DNA of 46,817 bases, taken from contig NC_068981.1 in NCBI RefSeq assembly GCF_001194135.2, positions 19,462,032-19,508,848 on the forward strand, given 5' to 3'. The position numbers and the translations under genes were made by a program. Below, piece by piece: positions 1 to 12,030 of this stretch. The notes under the pieces are model-generated. The model saw only the letters and a list, made by a program, of their open reading frames with translations. It did no database searches and had not been told where the DNA came from. Positions within the stretch are counted from its first letter, which is position 1, and each line of letters begins with the position of its first letter. The stretch is from Octopus bimaculoides (taxonomy: Eukaryota).

Positions 1-132
1 GACATCCAGAACAACCAATCTACCCTCCGGGTCTATGAATACTGTCTTTACTTCGAGATCCAGACTCTTGCGAAAGAGTACCGCCGTGCCACTACCGCCC
101 ATTCTCGGCAGACAGGGAGAAAAATAAATGTT
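1..132 (-). mobile_element. L1/Tx1-clade APE endonuclease fragment (runs off window edge)
   Basis: Minus-strand open frame [44 protein letters not shown] matches the GxGVAILF...DxxGRxxxLDV segment of L1/Tx1 ORF2 endonucleases. Its upstream side is lost at the (AGAT)n tract. Confidence 0.75.
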
Positions 133-308
<176 letters not shown>

Positions 309-1896
309 CGTTCTTAAGTGTTCTGTCTATTTACTAAACGTTTGATATCTTATATAATAAAGATAATAAAGTCACACCGTATTTAATGTTAACATTGCTG
401 TAAACTTTTAGTATTTGGAAACGATAATCATCATTGTACGAAATGTGGAGGAAAAAAAAAATTACACAGAAGAAAAAGCGTAAAATAATCCAATTGATTC
501 TGTTGTTTGATATATAATGTCGAGACAATTTTAGGGAAGTTGGTTTTTATCTAAGATCAAACTTTATAGCCGTTCTCAACTACGGAAGCAAATTAGTCGA
601 AAACCAAACAGACTTTCTCGTTTCATTGTGTATCAATTTGTTATACCTATAAGAATTTTTCTTCTCCATAATTAGGAAAATATTTCTTCTATTTCTTCCT
701 TTTATACTTCAATGTTCTTTAACGCCTCGCTTTCTGTAAAGTTCCATAATTGTTTTAATCCTGTATACAAAAGAAAGACAAAATTGATGAGAATGATAAT
801 CTTGTAGAATAATTTTACCAAACTTTATGACTAGTTCTTGAAAATTTCAGCCAAATATTGCAAGACACTTTCCATAGAATTTTATTCTTTTATTTTCGTA
901 TTTTGGACAGAAACAGAGTGATAGACATTTGAATATGTCTTCACTGAGTGTTCTTGTTGTTGTTGTCAATGTCAAAAATTACGTTTTTAGTGAAAACTAT
1001 TTCTTAATTCAATCATCATACTAGATTGTTGTTATCAGTGAACGAAATTTGAACGACAGAATTCTAATGTGACAAGATTGAGTGTCTAACATATTTTTAG
1101 ATGTACAGACAGAACTATAATTGACAGGAAATCTAATTCTTTCTTTCGTTCATTCACGATTTGGAACAACATAAAATAAAATTGATCTGTTTAATATCTA
1201 CCTATAAATATAGATTAAAACAAAACCAGGAAAAATGCTGACATATCTTTGGAGAAAGGGAGAAAGCAATAAACAGCATTAGTTAGTGTAATAAAGATGT
1301 GTCTCTATTCATAAGTTAACACACATTTAATGGGGTACAGATATCTTCTTTTGACTGGAGTTGAGATGTTTTATAGTCTTTATAATAACATCAGAGACAT
1401 CTTAGAAAACAGTGAATTTTAAACATTGAAAGATTACTATTTCTAGTCTCAATGGATCTTTATTTACCGAGAAGGTAGGCATAAGCATATACATACATAC
1501 GTGCATACACACACATGTGTCTGTACATATATATATATATATATATATANNNNNNNNNNNNNNNNNNNNNNNNNNNNNNNNNNNNNNNNNNNNNNNNNNN
1601 NNNNNNNNNNNNNNNNNNNNNNNNNNNNNNNNNNNNNNNNNNNNNNNNNNNNNNNNNNNNNNNNNNNNNNNNNNNNNNNNNNNNNNNNNNNNNNNNNNNN
1701 NNNNNNNNNNNNNNNNNNNNNNNNNNNNNNNNNNNNNNNNNNNNNNNNNNNNNNNNNNNNNNNNNNNNNNATATATATGTATATATATGTGTGTGTATAT
1801 ATATATATATACTTATGTATATATGTAAGCATATGTATGTATATATACACATATATATATATATATAAACATATAATGTGTGTGTGTTTGTGTGCG

Positions 1897-1945
<49 letters not shown>

Positions 1946-2643
1946 GTATGTATGCATGTTCTTTTCTAATTTTAATTATTTGAACTCATCTTGTGAAGAA
2001 GAAGTTAGTTTCTAGCAAAGATACAAAGCTTCATTGCTGGAATGTACAGGAGATAACAACAATAATATCACATGTTGAACATGAGAAAGTCTTGCATATT
2101 TTTGTTGTTCCACTTACAATACAAATTGTATTTGTATCGTGTGCGTTAGCTGGTTGAGTTCATTTCCTGAAAACCTTAGCTTTTCGAGGCTGTCATTTAG
2201 GCATTTAGTCACCAAATGCACAGATTATTAAAGGTATAAATATGAAATTATAATCAAGGTATGGAAGCTGAAAATTTCGAAGTAATTGTCCGTAGTTGTC
2301 CTCTTTCTCTTTGATTTTTTAAAAAGCTATTCACATCAGCCGGACAGCTGACCTGTATGACGGTACATACTTTTTCTTGTCTGTCCCAAACAACAATATC
2401 TGGTCTCTTGTGTTTGCGTTTGATAGAAGTTTTGATGGGAATATCCCACTGATATTTCTTGTATCAATATTTAGGCATGTACTCAATAACGGTGAGGAGG
2501 GTTCTCTGGTTCATCGTAGGGAAGACTTTTTTCAATGTCAATGACACGTCGTGTCGCATTGGAATGTAGTATCTTGATGACATTTTTTGGGTAGCCGCTG
2601 AGGACATGTATGTAATATCTTTCGCAGAAATTTGACTTAACGA

Positions 2644-3425
2644 GGCGGCGAGCTGGCAGAAACGTTAGCACGCCGGGTGAAATGCCTGGTGGTATTTCGT
2701 CTGCCGTTACATTCTGATTTCAAATTCCGCCGAGGTCGACTTTGCCGTTCATCCTTTCGGGGTCGATAAATAAAGTACCAGTTACGCACTGGGGTCGATG
2801 TAATCGACTTAATCCCTTTGTCTGTCCTTGTTTGTCCCCTCTGTGTTTAGCCCCTTGTGGGTATTAAAGAAATAAGAAACGTTAGTACGCCGGGCGAAAT
2901 GCTTTACGTTCTGAGTTCAAATTCGGTCAGTGTCGACTTTGCCTTTCATCCTTCCAGGGTCGATAGAATAAGTACCAGTTGCGTACTGGGATCGATTCAA
3001 TCAACTGTCTCCCTCCCTAAAAATTTCGGGCCTTGTGCCTTGAGTAGAAAAGAATAAGTACCCGTTGAGTACTGGGGTCAATGTAATCGACTTATCCTTC
3101 CCCTAAGATTACTGACCTTGTGCCAAAATTTGAAATCATTATGATAAAAAGCGGTTAGTTGGCAGAATATGAGTCCGGGGGTTCGTGAAAAAGAAAGAAT
3201 ACATTAATGCTTACAGTTAGGAGAGGTGGCAAAACCGTTGGCACGCCGGGTAAAATGCTTTCGTCCGTCTCTACGTTCTGAGTTCAAATTCCTCAGAGGT
3301 TGAGTTTGCCTTTTATTCTTCTGGGGTCGATGAAATAAGTTACCAGTTGAGCACTGGGATCGATGTAATCGACTTACCTCTCCCCCGGAATATGCTGGCT
3401 TTGTGCCAAAATTTGAAACCGATAT
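2644..3425 (+). mobile_element. Cluster of ~5 complete or partial tRNA-derived SINEs (family B) inside the R4-like LINE
   Basis: Repeated head ggcggcgagctggcagaaacgttagcacgccggg, B-box-like gagttcaaattcc and body gtcgactttgcctttcatcctttcggggtcgataaa..agtaccag at 2644, 2877, ~3055, ~3150 and ~3221. Confidence 0.9.
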
Positions 3426-4722
3426 TAGTGTCTTCGCCAAGTTTTCAGGAAACGTACTCATGCATATTCTATTTTTGATATGCTGAGCGTTTCGTATCCA
3501 AGTCTTCAATGAGGTGTGTAAGACCAGCTGTTTTAAGACTAGCATGGGAAGTTGTGAGTAAAAAAAAATGCTTCTAGATGAACTTATTGCCAATTCATTG
3601 GATGTTGTTCTCTTCACTTTGCAACAGTAGCAGTTATTTAGCAGGGGCTATCTTGGAGATACAATACGATATTCAAAGGCTACCCTTACTTTTTTCACCT
3701 CTTCTGGGGTAGTTCCTGTCGATATCATTATTCGTACGGAAGTTCCCAGCTGATGTCAGGATCTTGCGGGTTTTAAAGCCTATGAAGTGGATTTCCTCTA
3801 CAGACCAGTTAAGTATCCCAAATGCTGGAATCAGTACTGGTATGACAAATGCATTTTGGGATACTGTCTTGTTGTAAGAGGAGAGTTCCAACTACCATAT
3901 TTTTCTCAGTTATTATATTCTCGGGTCACTGTCTTCACAGCACCACCGTGTGATATATTTTCACCAATGCCTAGGTATTTGTAGTATTCTTTGTGTGGAA
4001 TACGTGAAATAGAGGGATCATTGATGCACAAGGTCTGGATCGAGTCTAATTTTCCATGTCCAACTATCAAATGCGAACATTTCTTTTCGCCAAATTCCAT
4101 TCTTATATCAGCTGAAATGGTGTTAATGACTCCAGCTATATTTTTCTTTTCTTTTCTTTTTCTCTCCTGTTTTTTGGGGTTTTTTTTTTTTTGGTTTTTT
4201 GCATAGAGTTTCAGGTCATTCACGAAAAAGACGTTAGTTAGATTAATATCTCTAGCAATTGCAAACCATAACATGTAGCCATTGGATTTTTGTCAAAGAA
4301 GCAATGACGTATTGAATACCAAAAGAAACAGAACTACAGAAAGCGCATTTACTTGGAACATTCTTCTTGAAATATTTGTAACATCGGAAACGACCGATAG
4401 TAGCTAGATTCAGCTGCTNNNNNNNNNNNNNNNNNNNNNNNNNNNNNNNNNNNNNNNNNNNNNNNNNNNNNNNNNNNNNNNNNNNNNNNNNNNNNNNNNN
4501 NNNNNNNNNNNNNNNNNNNNNNNNNNNNNNNNNNNNNNNNNNNNNNNNNNNNNNNNNNNNNNNNNNNNNNNNNNNNNNNNNNNNNNNNNNNNNNNNNNNN
4601 NNNNNNNNNNNNNNNNNNNNNNNNNNNNNNNNNNNNNNNNNNNNNNNNNNNNNNNNNNNNNNNNNNNNNNNNNNNNNNNNNNNNNNNNNNNNNNNNNNNN
4701 NNNNNNNNNNNNNNNNNNNNNN

Positions 4723-5212
4723 TCTTTTCCGTTCAGACCGGTACACTAGCGCAGCCCCATTCACTTTCAACTTCCTTACGACATTTTCCCATCTTTTCTC
4801 AAACGTTCTTTGAGGCAGGCACCTTTTCTCCAGACTGATCTTTCCTGGTTAATTTTTGCTCCTGCCACCGCTTCGTATCCTTTGATGGCGTCTTCTACAT
4901 GAGGTAGCTGCCTTTCATCAGACACGATGATGGCGACATCATCCGCATATACCGTCGCTCTCCTACCGTAACATAAATCACGCGGGTCATCCTACCGTGG
5001 CCTCTAACCTCCGCAGCCGTGGCTCAAGAGCCAGGACATACAGAAACGGGAACAGGGGGAAGCCCTAGCAAACTGAATGTTCGGTCGCGAACAGCTTCGA
5101 GAAGAAACCGTTCACCCGGACGATTGAATCGATGTCGCTACACATAGCATTGATTTATCCACGGAAAGTCGGACACAGTCCGACCGCCCGGGTCGAACAC
5201 TTTTGGTAAGTC
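4723..5212 (-). mobile_element. L1/Tx1-clade RT fragment
   Basis: SDIDSIVRVNGFFSKLF..GFPLFPFLYVLALEP..YADDVAIIVSDERQL..YEAVAGAKIN; YADD at 4938-4949. The fragment runs into the gap at 4419-4722. Confidence 0.85.
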
Positions 5213-5479
5213 TTTTAGCTCGATAATTTCTTTAGGAAATCTGTTCTTGAAGTCCTTGTAAAGTTTTTGGGGATCTTCGCAATGCTGTTCTGATTTTTAC
5301 TGTTATTTGTTAGGTATATTTTGCTTTGTAAGTGAGGTTTAATTACTCCCATCATTGAATTATTAGTGTTCTTGAATACCACTGTGGTCATTTCCTTTTG
5401 GGCTTAGGTTTGTCTGCTTTTATCGTCATAAATATTTTCTCATTTTGTTGGGTTTTTTTTCCTCCAGGTTACTCCATTT

Positions 5480-5890
5480 TTTTTTCTTTGGTTTTCGGAG
5501 CCGCCTCTTTAGTAGGCGACTCCACTGCTTTCTTTCGCGACACCGTCTTGAAGTCCATTCCTTCAACTGACGGTGTCACTTCGACTGGTTTTTCGATTTG
5601 TTCTGATTTAGTGGCAGCCCTCTGCGTAACAGCCTCCATGGCTGAGGGCGCCTCCGTGGTTGAGGGCGCCTCCGTGACTGAGGGGTCCCTGTCTTCTACA
5701 TTTTCTTCCTGTTCCTTCTCCTGTGCTTCTTGTTTCTTCTGCTGTGCTTCTTTCTGTTGGGGGCGATTCGACCTCAGGTGCCTCATTTTTCCGCATTTGA
5801 AGCACCGGGGCTTCCTCCCCTCTACATGCACAGCTAATATGGTATCATCGCCAATGCATATTTTTCTGGTAATTTTTCCAGGTCCATTGG
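5480..5890 (-). mobile_element. L1/Tx1-clade ORF1 (gag-like) fragment with degenerate CCHC knuckle
   Basis: ILAVHVEGRKPRCFKCGKMRHLRSNRP (CX2CX4HX4C with the last C lost), followed by a low-complexity E/K/A/T-rich tail. Higher GC than the flanks. Confidence 0.75.
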
Positions 5891-6664
5891 GTCTGTCGTT
5901 CAACGACAGTTTATAAAATGTAAAAAAGTTTTTTACGAACTGTGGTTTCAGCTTAGTTGAATATATTCCTCGGTCGTCTCTGTCAAATCAGTTACATGTG
6001 AAGATATATGAGAATTAAGTGATGGCAGTAGCGATTTGTTTACATTATTTTCAATCTCTGTTATGGTAGATTTTGGTCGGTTCTCAGTCTTTTGAAAATA
6101 TCGATTAGCATTACTTTAGCTGAAATAACAACTACCATCTGAGACAGACACTTATTTTGCAAAGAAAGATGCTTGTTGTCGAAGCTTTTTTGGTCGCAAA
6201 ACAGTTTACGTTTGAACGAGTTTTGTCCCAGTCGTTGTCATTTTTTTTTAACCGCTTCATATAATCGATAGAAGGGTCATCTCGGACTTTTTCATTGCAT
6301 CGAAGTAGATCTTGATTTAAATATAAAGACCAAGTGAAGTGAGAAGAGTACTTACGCTGTCTTAAATAACTTACAGGTGTTATAGTACTGCTTGTGTTGG
6401 CTCTGGTGTTGATGTTGGGATCAACGTCAGCCATGATCGTATGAAGCGAAATTTTATGTGGTGTCAGATATATTTTGTAATCTGGTCTGGATAACACTAA
6501 GTTCATAAGTAAAAAGTGTTTCTCATGTTTCTCATTGAAGAAATAAACCAGTTACTAGTTTAACCCTGTGGAGTCGGCTTAATTGCAGAAGAAAACGTTC
6601 AAAATTACATTTTTTAACGGTTCTTTCCTCTATGCCTACACGTCTGATGTTGACGGTGCCGTTT

Positions 6665-7520
6665 ATGTATGTATGTCATCGTTCAGTTTTATTTCAAGAT
6701 TTCTTGCCAATAGAGGAAAGAGGCGGTTTCTAATCTACATCCAAGGCTCTTTCATTGGAATTTAAACATCAACAGCAGGATATGTATGTCTTTATTCAGA
6801 TATTTCCAGGTTTCTTGCAAATAGAGAAAGAACCTAGATCCAAGTTTCCTTCATTGAAATTTCAACATCAACAGCAGGGTATTTGTATGTATGTATGTAT
6901 GTATGTGTAGATTTGTATGTTTTTATGTATGTCTTCTCACGCATATAGTTAGATATCTAGACATGCTCATATATATTTAGATGATGAACTTCTGGAAAGT
7001 TTTACAGATTTTTACAGTTCCAGTGATGGATTGGATCTGTAATCTTCGAATTAGCTTTCTCCTTTCTGGTTTTGAGAAGCCTAATTTCTCAAGATTGGTA
7101 TTTAGGCAGTGTGTTACATATCCAAGGTCCCAATAATTATAGGTATAAACCTGAACTTGTGATCTGGATAGAGTAACTGTAGATTTCTCAATAGTTCAGT
7201 GTAGGTATTCTCTTTTTCACTTATCTTCAGCTTTATGTATGTATGTATGTATGTATGTATGTATGTATGTATGTATGTATGTATGTATGTATGTATGTAT
7301 GTGCAGATTTGTATGTTTTTTATGTATGTATTCTCATGCATATAGTGACATATCTAGACATCCTCATATAGTTTTACAGATTTTTACAGTTCCAGTGATG
7401 GAATGGATTTGTAGTCTTCGAATTAGCTTTTTCCTTTCTGGTCCTGAGAAGCCTAATTTCTCAAGATTGGTATTTAGGCAGTGTCTTACATATCCAAGGG
7501 CCCCAATAATTACAGGTATA
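6665..7520 (-). mobile_element. Stack of three 5'-truncated 3'-end copies of an R4/Dong-like LINE, separated by (TATG)n
   Basis: KLKISEKENTYTELLRNLQLLYPDHKFRFIPIIIGTL (~7114-7234) and IPVIIGALGYVRHCLNTNLEKLGFS..ITGTVKICK (~7364-7520), with shared 3' UTR blocks at ~6680-6780, ~6790-6960 and ~7300-7360. Confidence 0.85.
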
Positions 7521-7530
7521 NNNNNNNNNN

Positions 7531-7594
7531 TATGTATGTTTATACGTACGTACGTACGTACGTACGTATATATGCATGTATGTATGTATGTATG

Positions 7595-7625
<31 letters not shown>

Positions 7626-7673
7626 GTACGTATGTATGTATGTATGTATGTATGTATGTATGTATGTATGTAT
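7531..7673. repeat. (TATG)n tract with (TACG)n variant units
   Basis: Seen directly in the sequence. Confidence 0.95.
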
Positions 7674-7689
7674 GAAGAGAGCAAGATGG

Positions 7690-8110
7690 AAGAAGTTGGC
7701 AAGAGAGGAGGGGGGCGATCGATATAGAAAAAAAGGGAATAGTAAAGATACATAGAAGGGGAAACAACATAGAGATAAGGTAACGAAGTTGTCATACAGA
7801 GAGGAGAAGTAGGAGTAAGTGTAATGGGAGAGGGAGAGCAGAAACCTTAGAAAGATGGTAGGGACAGATAATTGAAACCGATAATTAGTGAACATGGCTA
7901 GGAAGCTTTCATATCAAATAGAATCAAAGAATTTGCTAATGTCAAGGGCAAAGATTGTGTTCCATGAGCTTCTAAAAGAAATGAAATTCAGTAACTGATG
8001 ACACAGCAGAGTAAAACTAATATATCTGACTCCACCAAAACTGCACTAATGGTTACTAAAACAACAAAGAAAAATTGAGATCATTAAAGAGGGGGTTCTT
8101 TTGTGGGGGT
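7690..8110 (-). mobile_element. Highly decayed CR1/L2/jockey-group RT fragment
   Basis: Minus frame NTIFALDISKFFDSI*YESFLAMFTNYRFQLS..RFL resembles ALDISKAFDxVWHxxLLxKLxxYG..SFLS. Confidence 0.55.
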
Positions 8111-8171
8111 TTCTATCACATCTGAGATGTAGGAAATGAAGGCCAGTAGTTGATACAGCATAACAATAACA

Positions 8172-8575
8172 ATACTCTTTTACTCTTTTACTTGTTTCAG
8201 TCATTTGACTGCGGCCATACTGGAGCACCGCCTTTAGTCGAGCAAATCGACCCCCACGACTTATTCTTTGGATGCCTAGTACTTATTCTATCGGTCTCTT
8301 TTTGCCGAACTGCTAAAGTTACGGGGACGTAAACACCAGCATCGGTTGTCAAGCGATGTTGGGGGGATAAACACAGACACAGAAACACATACACACACAC
8401 ATACATATATATATACACATATATACGACAGGCTTCTTTCAGTTTCCATCAACCAAATCCACTCACAAGGCTTTGGTCGGCCCGAGGCTATAGTAGAAGA
8501 CAGTTGCCCAAGGTGCCACGCAGTGGGACTGAACCCGGAACCATGTGGTTGGTAAGCAAGCCACTCCTGCGCCTA
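8172..8575 (-). mobile_element. tRNA-derived SINE, family A (near full length)
   Basis: Head ggcgcaggagtggct..ggttcagtcccactgcgtggcaccttgggcaa, internal (CA/TA)n and tail gactgaaacaagtaaaagagtaaaagag. The same family occurs at eight or more other sites in the window. Confidence 0.92.
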
Positions 8576-8639
8576 GATCCATCATTAACGGCTCCAACAA
8601 TAATGGCCTATCAATGAGTCTATTAATATAGGTCTAATG

Positions 8640-9650
8640 CTGCGGTTCTCAAACATTTTTTTTTTCATAAATGGACCCCTTTGATGCTTAGCCAATTCAA
8701 TGTCTAAAAAATCTTGTCATATTTTTTATCATTTAATTGTATTAAATAAAATTGTTAAAAAAGGCCTCACCGAGACAATGACTTGTGACCGAGACCTTTG
8801 CAAATATGCAGTGCGTGAGAAGACCCGGCAAGCCAAGTGAGACCATAATCCGAGGCCTCTGCCAGGGGAGTAGCCAGCCCACTTATGCGTACCTTTCCTT
8901 CATATGACATTAAACTCAGCTTGCGAAGACCTGTTGAGGCAAATGAAATCGATCCAAATTCGACGACTGGCACCCATGCTAACCTCTCTTTCATTGGACA
9001 CTATAAACTCAGCTTGCGAAGACATGTTGGGACAAGTGAAATCGAAATCGTGATTGAACCAAATTCGATGACTGGCACCTGTGCCAGTGAAGCGTTAAGA
9101 GCACCGTCCGAGCGTGATCATTGCCAGAGCAGCTGTCTGGCTTCCGTGCCAGTGGCACATACATAGCACCATTTGAGCGTGATCGTTACTAGCATAGCCT
9201 TACTAGCACTTGTGCCGGTGGCACGTGAAAAAACATCCGAGCGAGGTCGTTGCCAGTGCCGCTGGACTGGCTCCTGTGCAGGTTGCACGTAAAAAACACC
9301 ATTTTCAGCGTGGCCATTGCCAGTACCGCCTGACTGGCCCTCGTGGCGGTGGCACGTAAAAGCACCCACTACACTCTCGGAGTGGTTGGCGTTAGGAAGG
9401 GCATCCAGCTGTAGAAACTCTGCCAAATCAGATTGGAGCCTGGTGCAGCCATCTGGTTCGCCAGTCCTCAATCAAATCGTCCAACCCATGCTAGCATCGA
9501 AAGCAGACGTTAAACGATGATGATGATGATGATGATGATGAAACTATTTGATGTATAGTAGAAGTATAAGCAATTTATTACTGAAAAAGTTTACCAAAAA
9601 TCCTTATATGAATCCTCAAGAGCCATATGGACCCTGGTTGAGAACTACTG
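8640..9650. mobile_element. hAT (Charlie-like) MITE with 8-bp TSD, interrupted by an RTE 3' end
   Basis: Ends ctgcggttctcaaac and gttgagaactactg. Identical flanking GTCTAATG at 8632-8639 and 9651-9658. Confidence 0.88.
8764..9541 (+). mobile_element. 5'-truncated RTE-clade LINE 3' end with internally repetitive 3' UTR and (GAT)n tail
   Basis: GLTETMTCDRDLCKYAVREKTRQAK* resembles an RTE C-terminus. The UTR has a duplicated taaactcagcttgcgaagac block and about four gagcgt..ttgccag subrepeats, and ends gacgttaaac(gat)n. The same tail occurs at 24398-24550. Confidence 0.75.
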
Positions 9651-10285
9651 GTCTAATGATATAAATTGTTCGTGGTGGCTTCTAACTTGTGATGGTTTAT
9701 AAATATAGCTTAACACTGCAAGCTGTCAGTCTGAAATACATTTCCTGTGCTTTGAGTGAGTGTGGCATTAGTTTGAGAGAGAAGATATGTTAGAGTGAGT
9801 GTGAGTAGAATGTCACAAGTGAGTCACTCACTTTCAGTTATGGTTGGCTCAGTTTTAATGATAAATTAATACCTGGTTGAGTAGAAAGCATCACTTTGAG
9901 TGAATGCAGCTAGATGTGGTTGGTGTTTGGACATTTTTTTTTTCATGCATTTTTTTGGTATGATCAGTATTAATGAATGGAATTTGGGTAGCTGGAAACA
10001 CTGCAGAAGACCATCATATGTATGTGGGAATTGTCTAACTATATAGTCTGTGTGTGTGTATGCATTAACATGCATGTGTCTATATGTGCTTGTATGTAGG
10101 TGTGTGTCCCTCTAATTCATGCCAGCTTGGTAGGAAGGAAGTAAAACAAACCAATTATATTGATACGGAATATCACCCATTTTGGAAAATTTTCCATGAA
10201 GTTATTACAAAATTAATGAGATTTATTACCTTGACTATAAAGTTACTCTAAACCACTGCATGCCACTGCATGCATTGTACATTGT

Positions 10286-10340
<55 letters not shown>

Positions 10341-11224
10341 NNNNNNNNNNNNNNNNNNNNNNNNNNNNNNNNNNNNNNNNNNNNNNNNNNNNNNNNNNNN
10401 NNNNNNNNNNNNNNNNNNNNNNNNNNNNNNNNNNNNNNNNNNNNNNNNNNNNNNNNNNNNNNNNNNNNNNNNNNNNNNNNNNNNNNNNNNNNNNNNNNNN
10501 NNNNNNNNNNNNNNNNNNNNNNNNNNNNNNNNNNNNNNNNNNNNNNNNNNNNNNNNNNNNNNNNNNNNNNNNNNNNNNNNNNNNNNNNNNNNNNNNNNNN
10601 NNNNNNNNNNNNNNNNNNNNNNNNNNNNNNNNNNNNNNNNNNNNNNNNNNNNNNNNNNNNNNNNNNNNNNNNNNNNNNNNNNNNNNNNNNNNNNNNNNNN
10701 NNNNNNNNNNNNNNNNNNNNNNNNNNNNNNNNNNNNNNNNNNNNNNNNNNNNNNNNNNNNNNNNNNNNNNNNNNNNNNNNNNNNNNNNNNNNNNNNNNNN
10801 NNNNNNNNNNNNNNNNNNNNNNNNNNNNNNNNNNNNNNNNNNNNNNNNNNNNNNNNNNNNNNNNNNNNNNNNNNNNNNNNNNNNNNNNNNNNNNNNNNNN
10901 NNNNNNNNNNNNNNNNNNNNNNNNNNNNNNNNNNNNNNNNNNNNNNNNNNNNNNNNNNNNNNNNNNNNNNNNNNNNNNNNNNNNNNNNNNNNNNNNNNNN
11001 NNNNNNNNNNNNNNNNNNNNNNNNNNNNNNNNNNNNNNNNNNNNNNNNNNNNNNNNNNNNNNNNNNNNNNNNNNNNNNNNNNNNNNNNNNNNNNNNNNNN
11101 NNNNNNNNNNNNNNNNNNNNNNNNNNNNNNNNNNNNNNNNNNNNNNNNNNNNNNNNNNNNNNNNNNNNNNNNNNNNNNNNNNNNNNNNNNNNNNNNNNNN
11201 NNNNNNNNNNNNNNNNNNNNNNNN

Positions 11225-11728
11225 ATGATGATGAGGAGGGGGAGGAGGTGGAGGTGGAAGATGGTAATAATTGTAATTATCATAATAATGATGTCGATGT
11301 TTGCGATGATAAGGTTGACAAGGAAAGGGTTTGAATAAATGAATAAAATTAGTTAATTAATTTCCAGTGACCATGTGACCACAAACACCCTCCCCCCCCC
11401 ACATGCCACTGGTCTCCAGCAGCACAGAGAGCCTCCATAAAGTAAACTACTGGAATTGTCTATCAGTCTCTCTTCTATATATAAACCAAATGATATCCAT
11501 CTTCAAGTCAGTTAGCAGATGTCAACACAGCATTGGATAAATAAGAAGGGATGAAATAACCAATCACGGAAGATCCCATCAGGTGGAGGTTATAAGGGTC
11601 AGCGTTGGTGTTGCTGCTGCTGTTGCTGGTGATGTTGTTGTTGTTGATGTTGTTGTCTGCTCTATATGATCAAACCTAGGTTAATAAACTGAAGGTCAAA
11701 CTTAATATAAATTTACAGACAAAATTAG

Positions 11729-11772
<44 letters not shown>

Positions 11773-12030
11773 GTGGTCGTGGTCGTGGTCGTGGTCGTCG
11801 TGGTCGTCGTGGTCGTCGTGGTAGTCGTGGTCGTAGTCGTGGTACTTGTGTTGCTGCTGGTGGCAGTGGTTGTTGTTGTTGTGGTGGTGGTTTTGGGGGT
11901 GGGGTGGGGTTACTTCTGCTGCTGCTGCTGCTGCTGGCAGTGGTTGTTGTTGTTGTTGTTGTTGTTGTTGCGGTGGTGGTGACGGCGGCGGTGGCGGCAG
12001 AAGTAATGATGATGATGATGCTGTTGCTTA
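11225..12030. repeat. Compound trinucleotide low-complexity tracts (GAT/GGT/CGT/GTT/GCT/GGC)
   Basis: Seen directly at ~11225-11330, ~11605-11655 and ~11730-12030. Confidence 0.9.

Larger units (their letters stand above)
1959..6663 (-). mobile_element. Decayed, near full-length R4/Dong-like RLE non-LTR retrotransposon with nested insertions
   Basis: Collinear minus-strand pieces: N-terminal ...FTWSLYLNQDLLRCNEKVRDDPSIDYMKRLKK..WD (6132-6506); RT ISRRMFQVNALSVVLFLL..NVFFVNDLKLYA..DIRMEFGEKKC..YKYLGI (~3900-4418); thumb NKTVSQNAFVIPVL..FGILNW..KTRKILT (3673-3891); RLE end HKRPDIVVWD..VIQVSCPAD..KIKEKEDNYGQLLRN..FIPLII (~2200-2420); 3' UTR to ~1959. Many stops and frameshifts. Confidence 0.8.

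Noticed and set aside
310-1450. AT-rich tract possibly from a decayed element
   Set aside because: No motif, TIR or repeat I could support.
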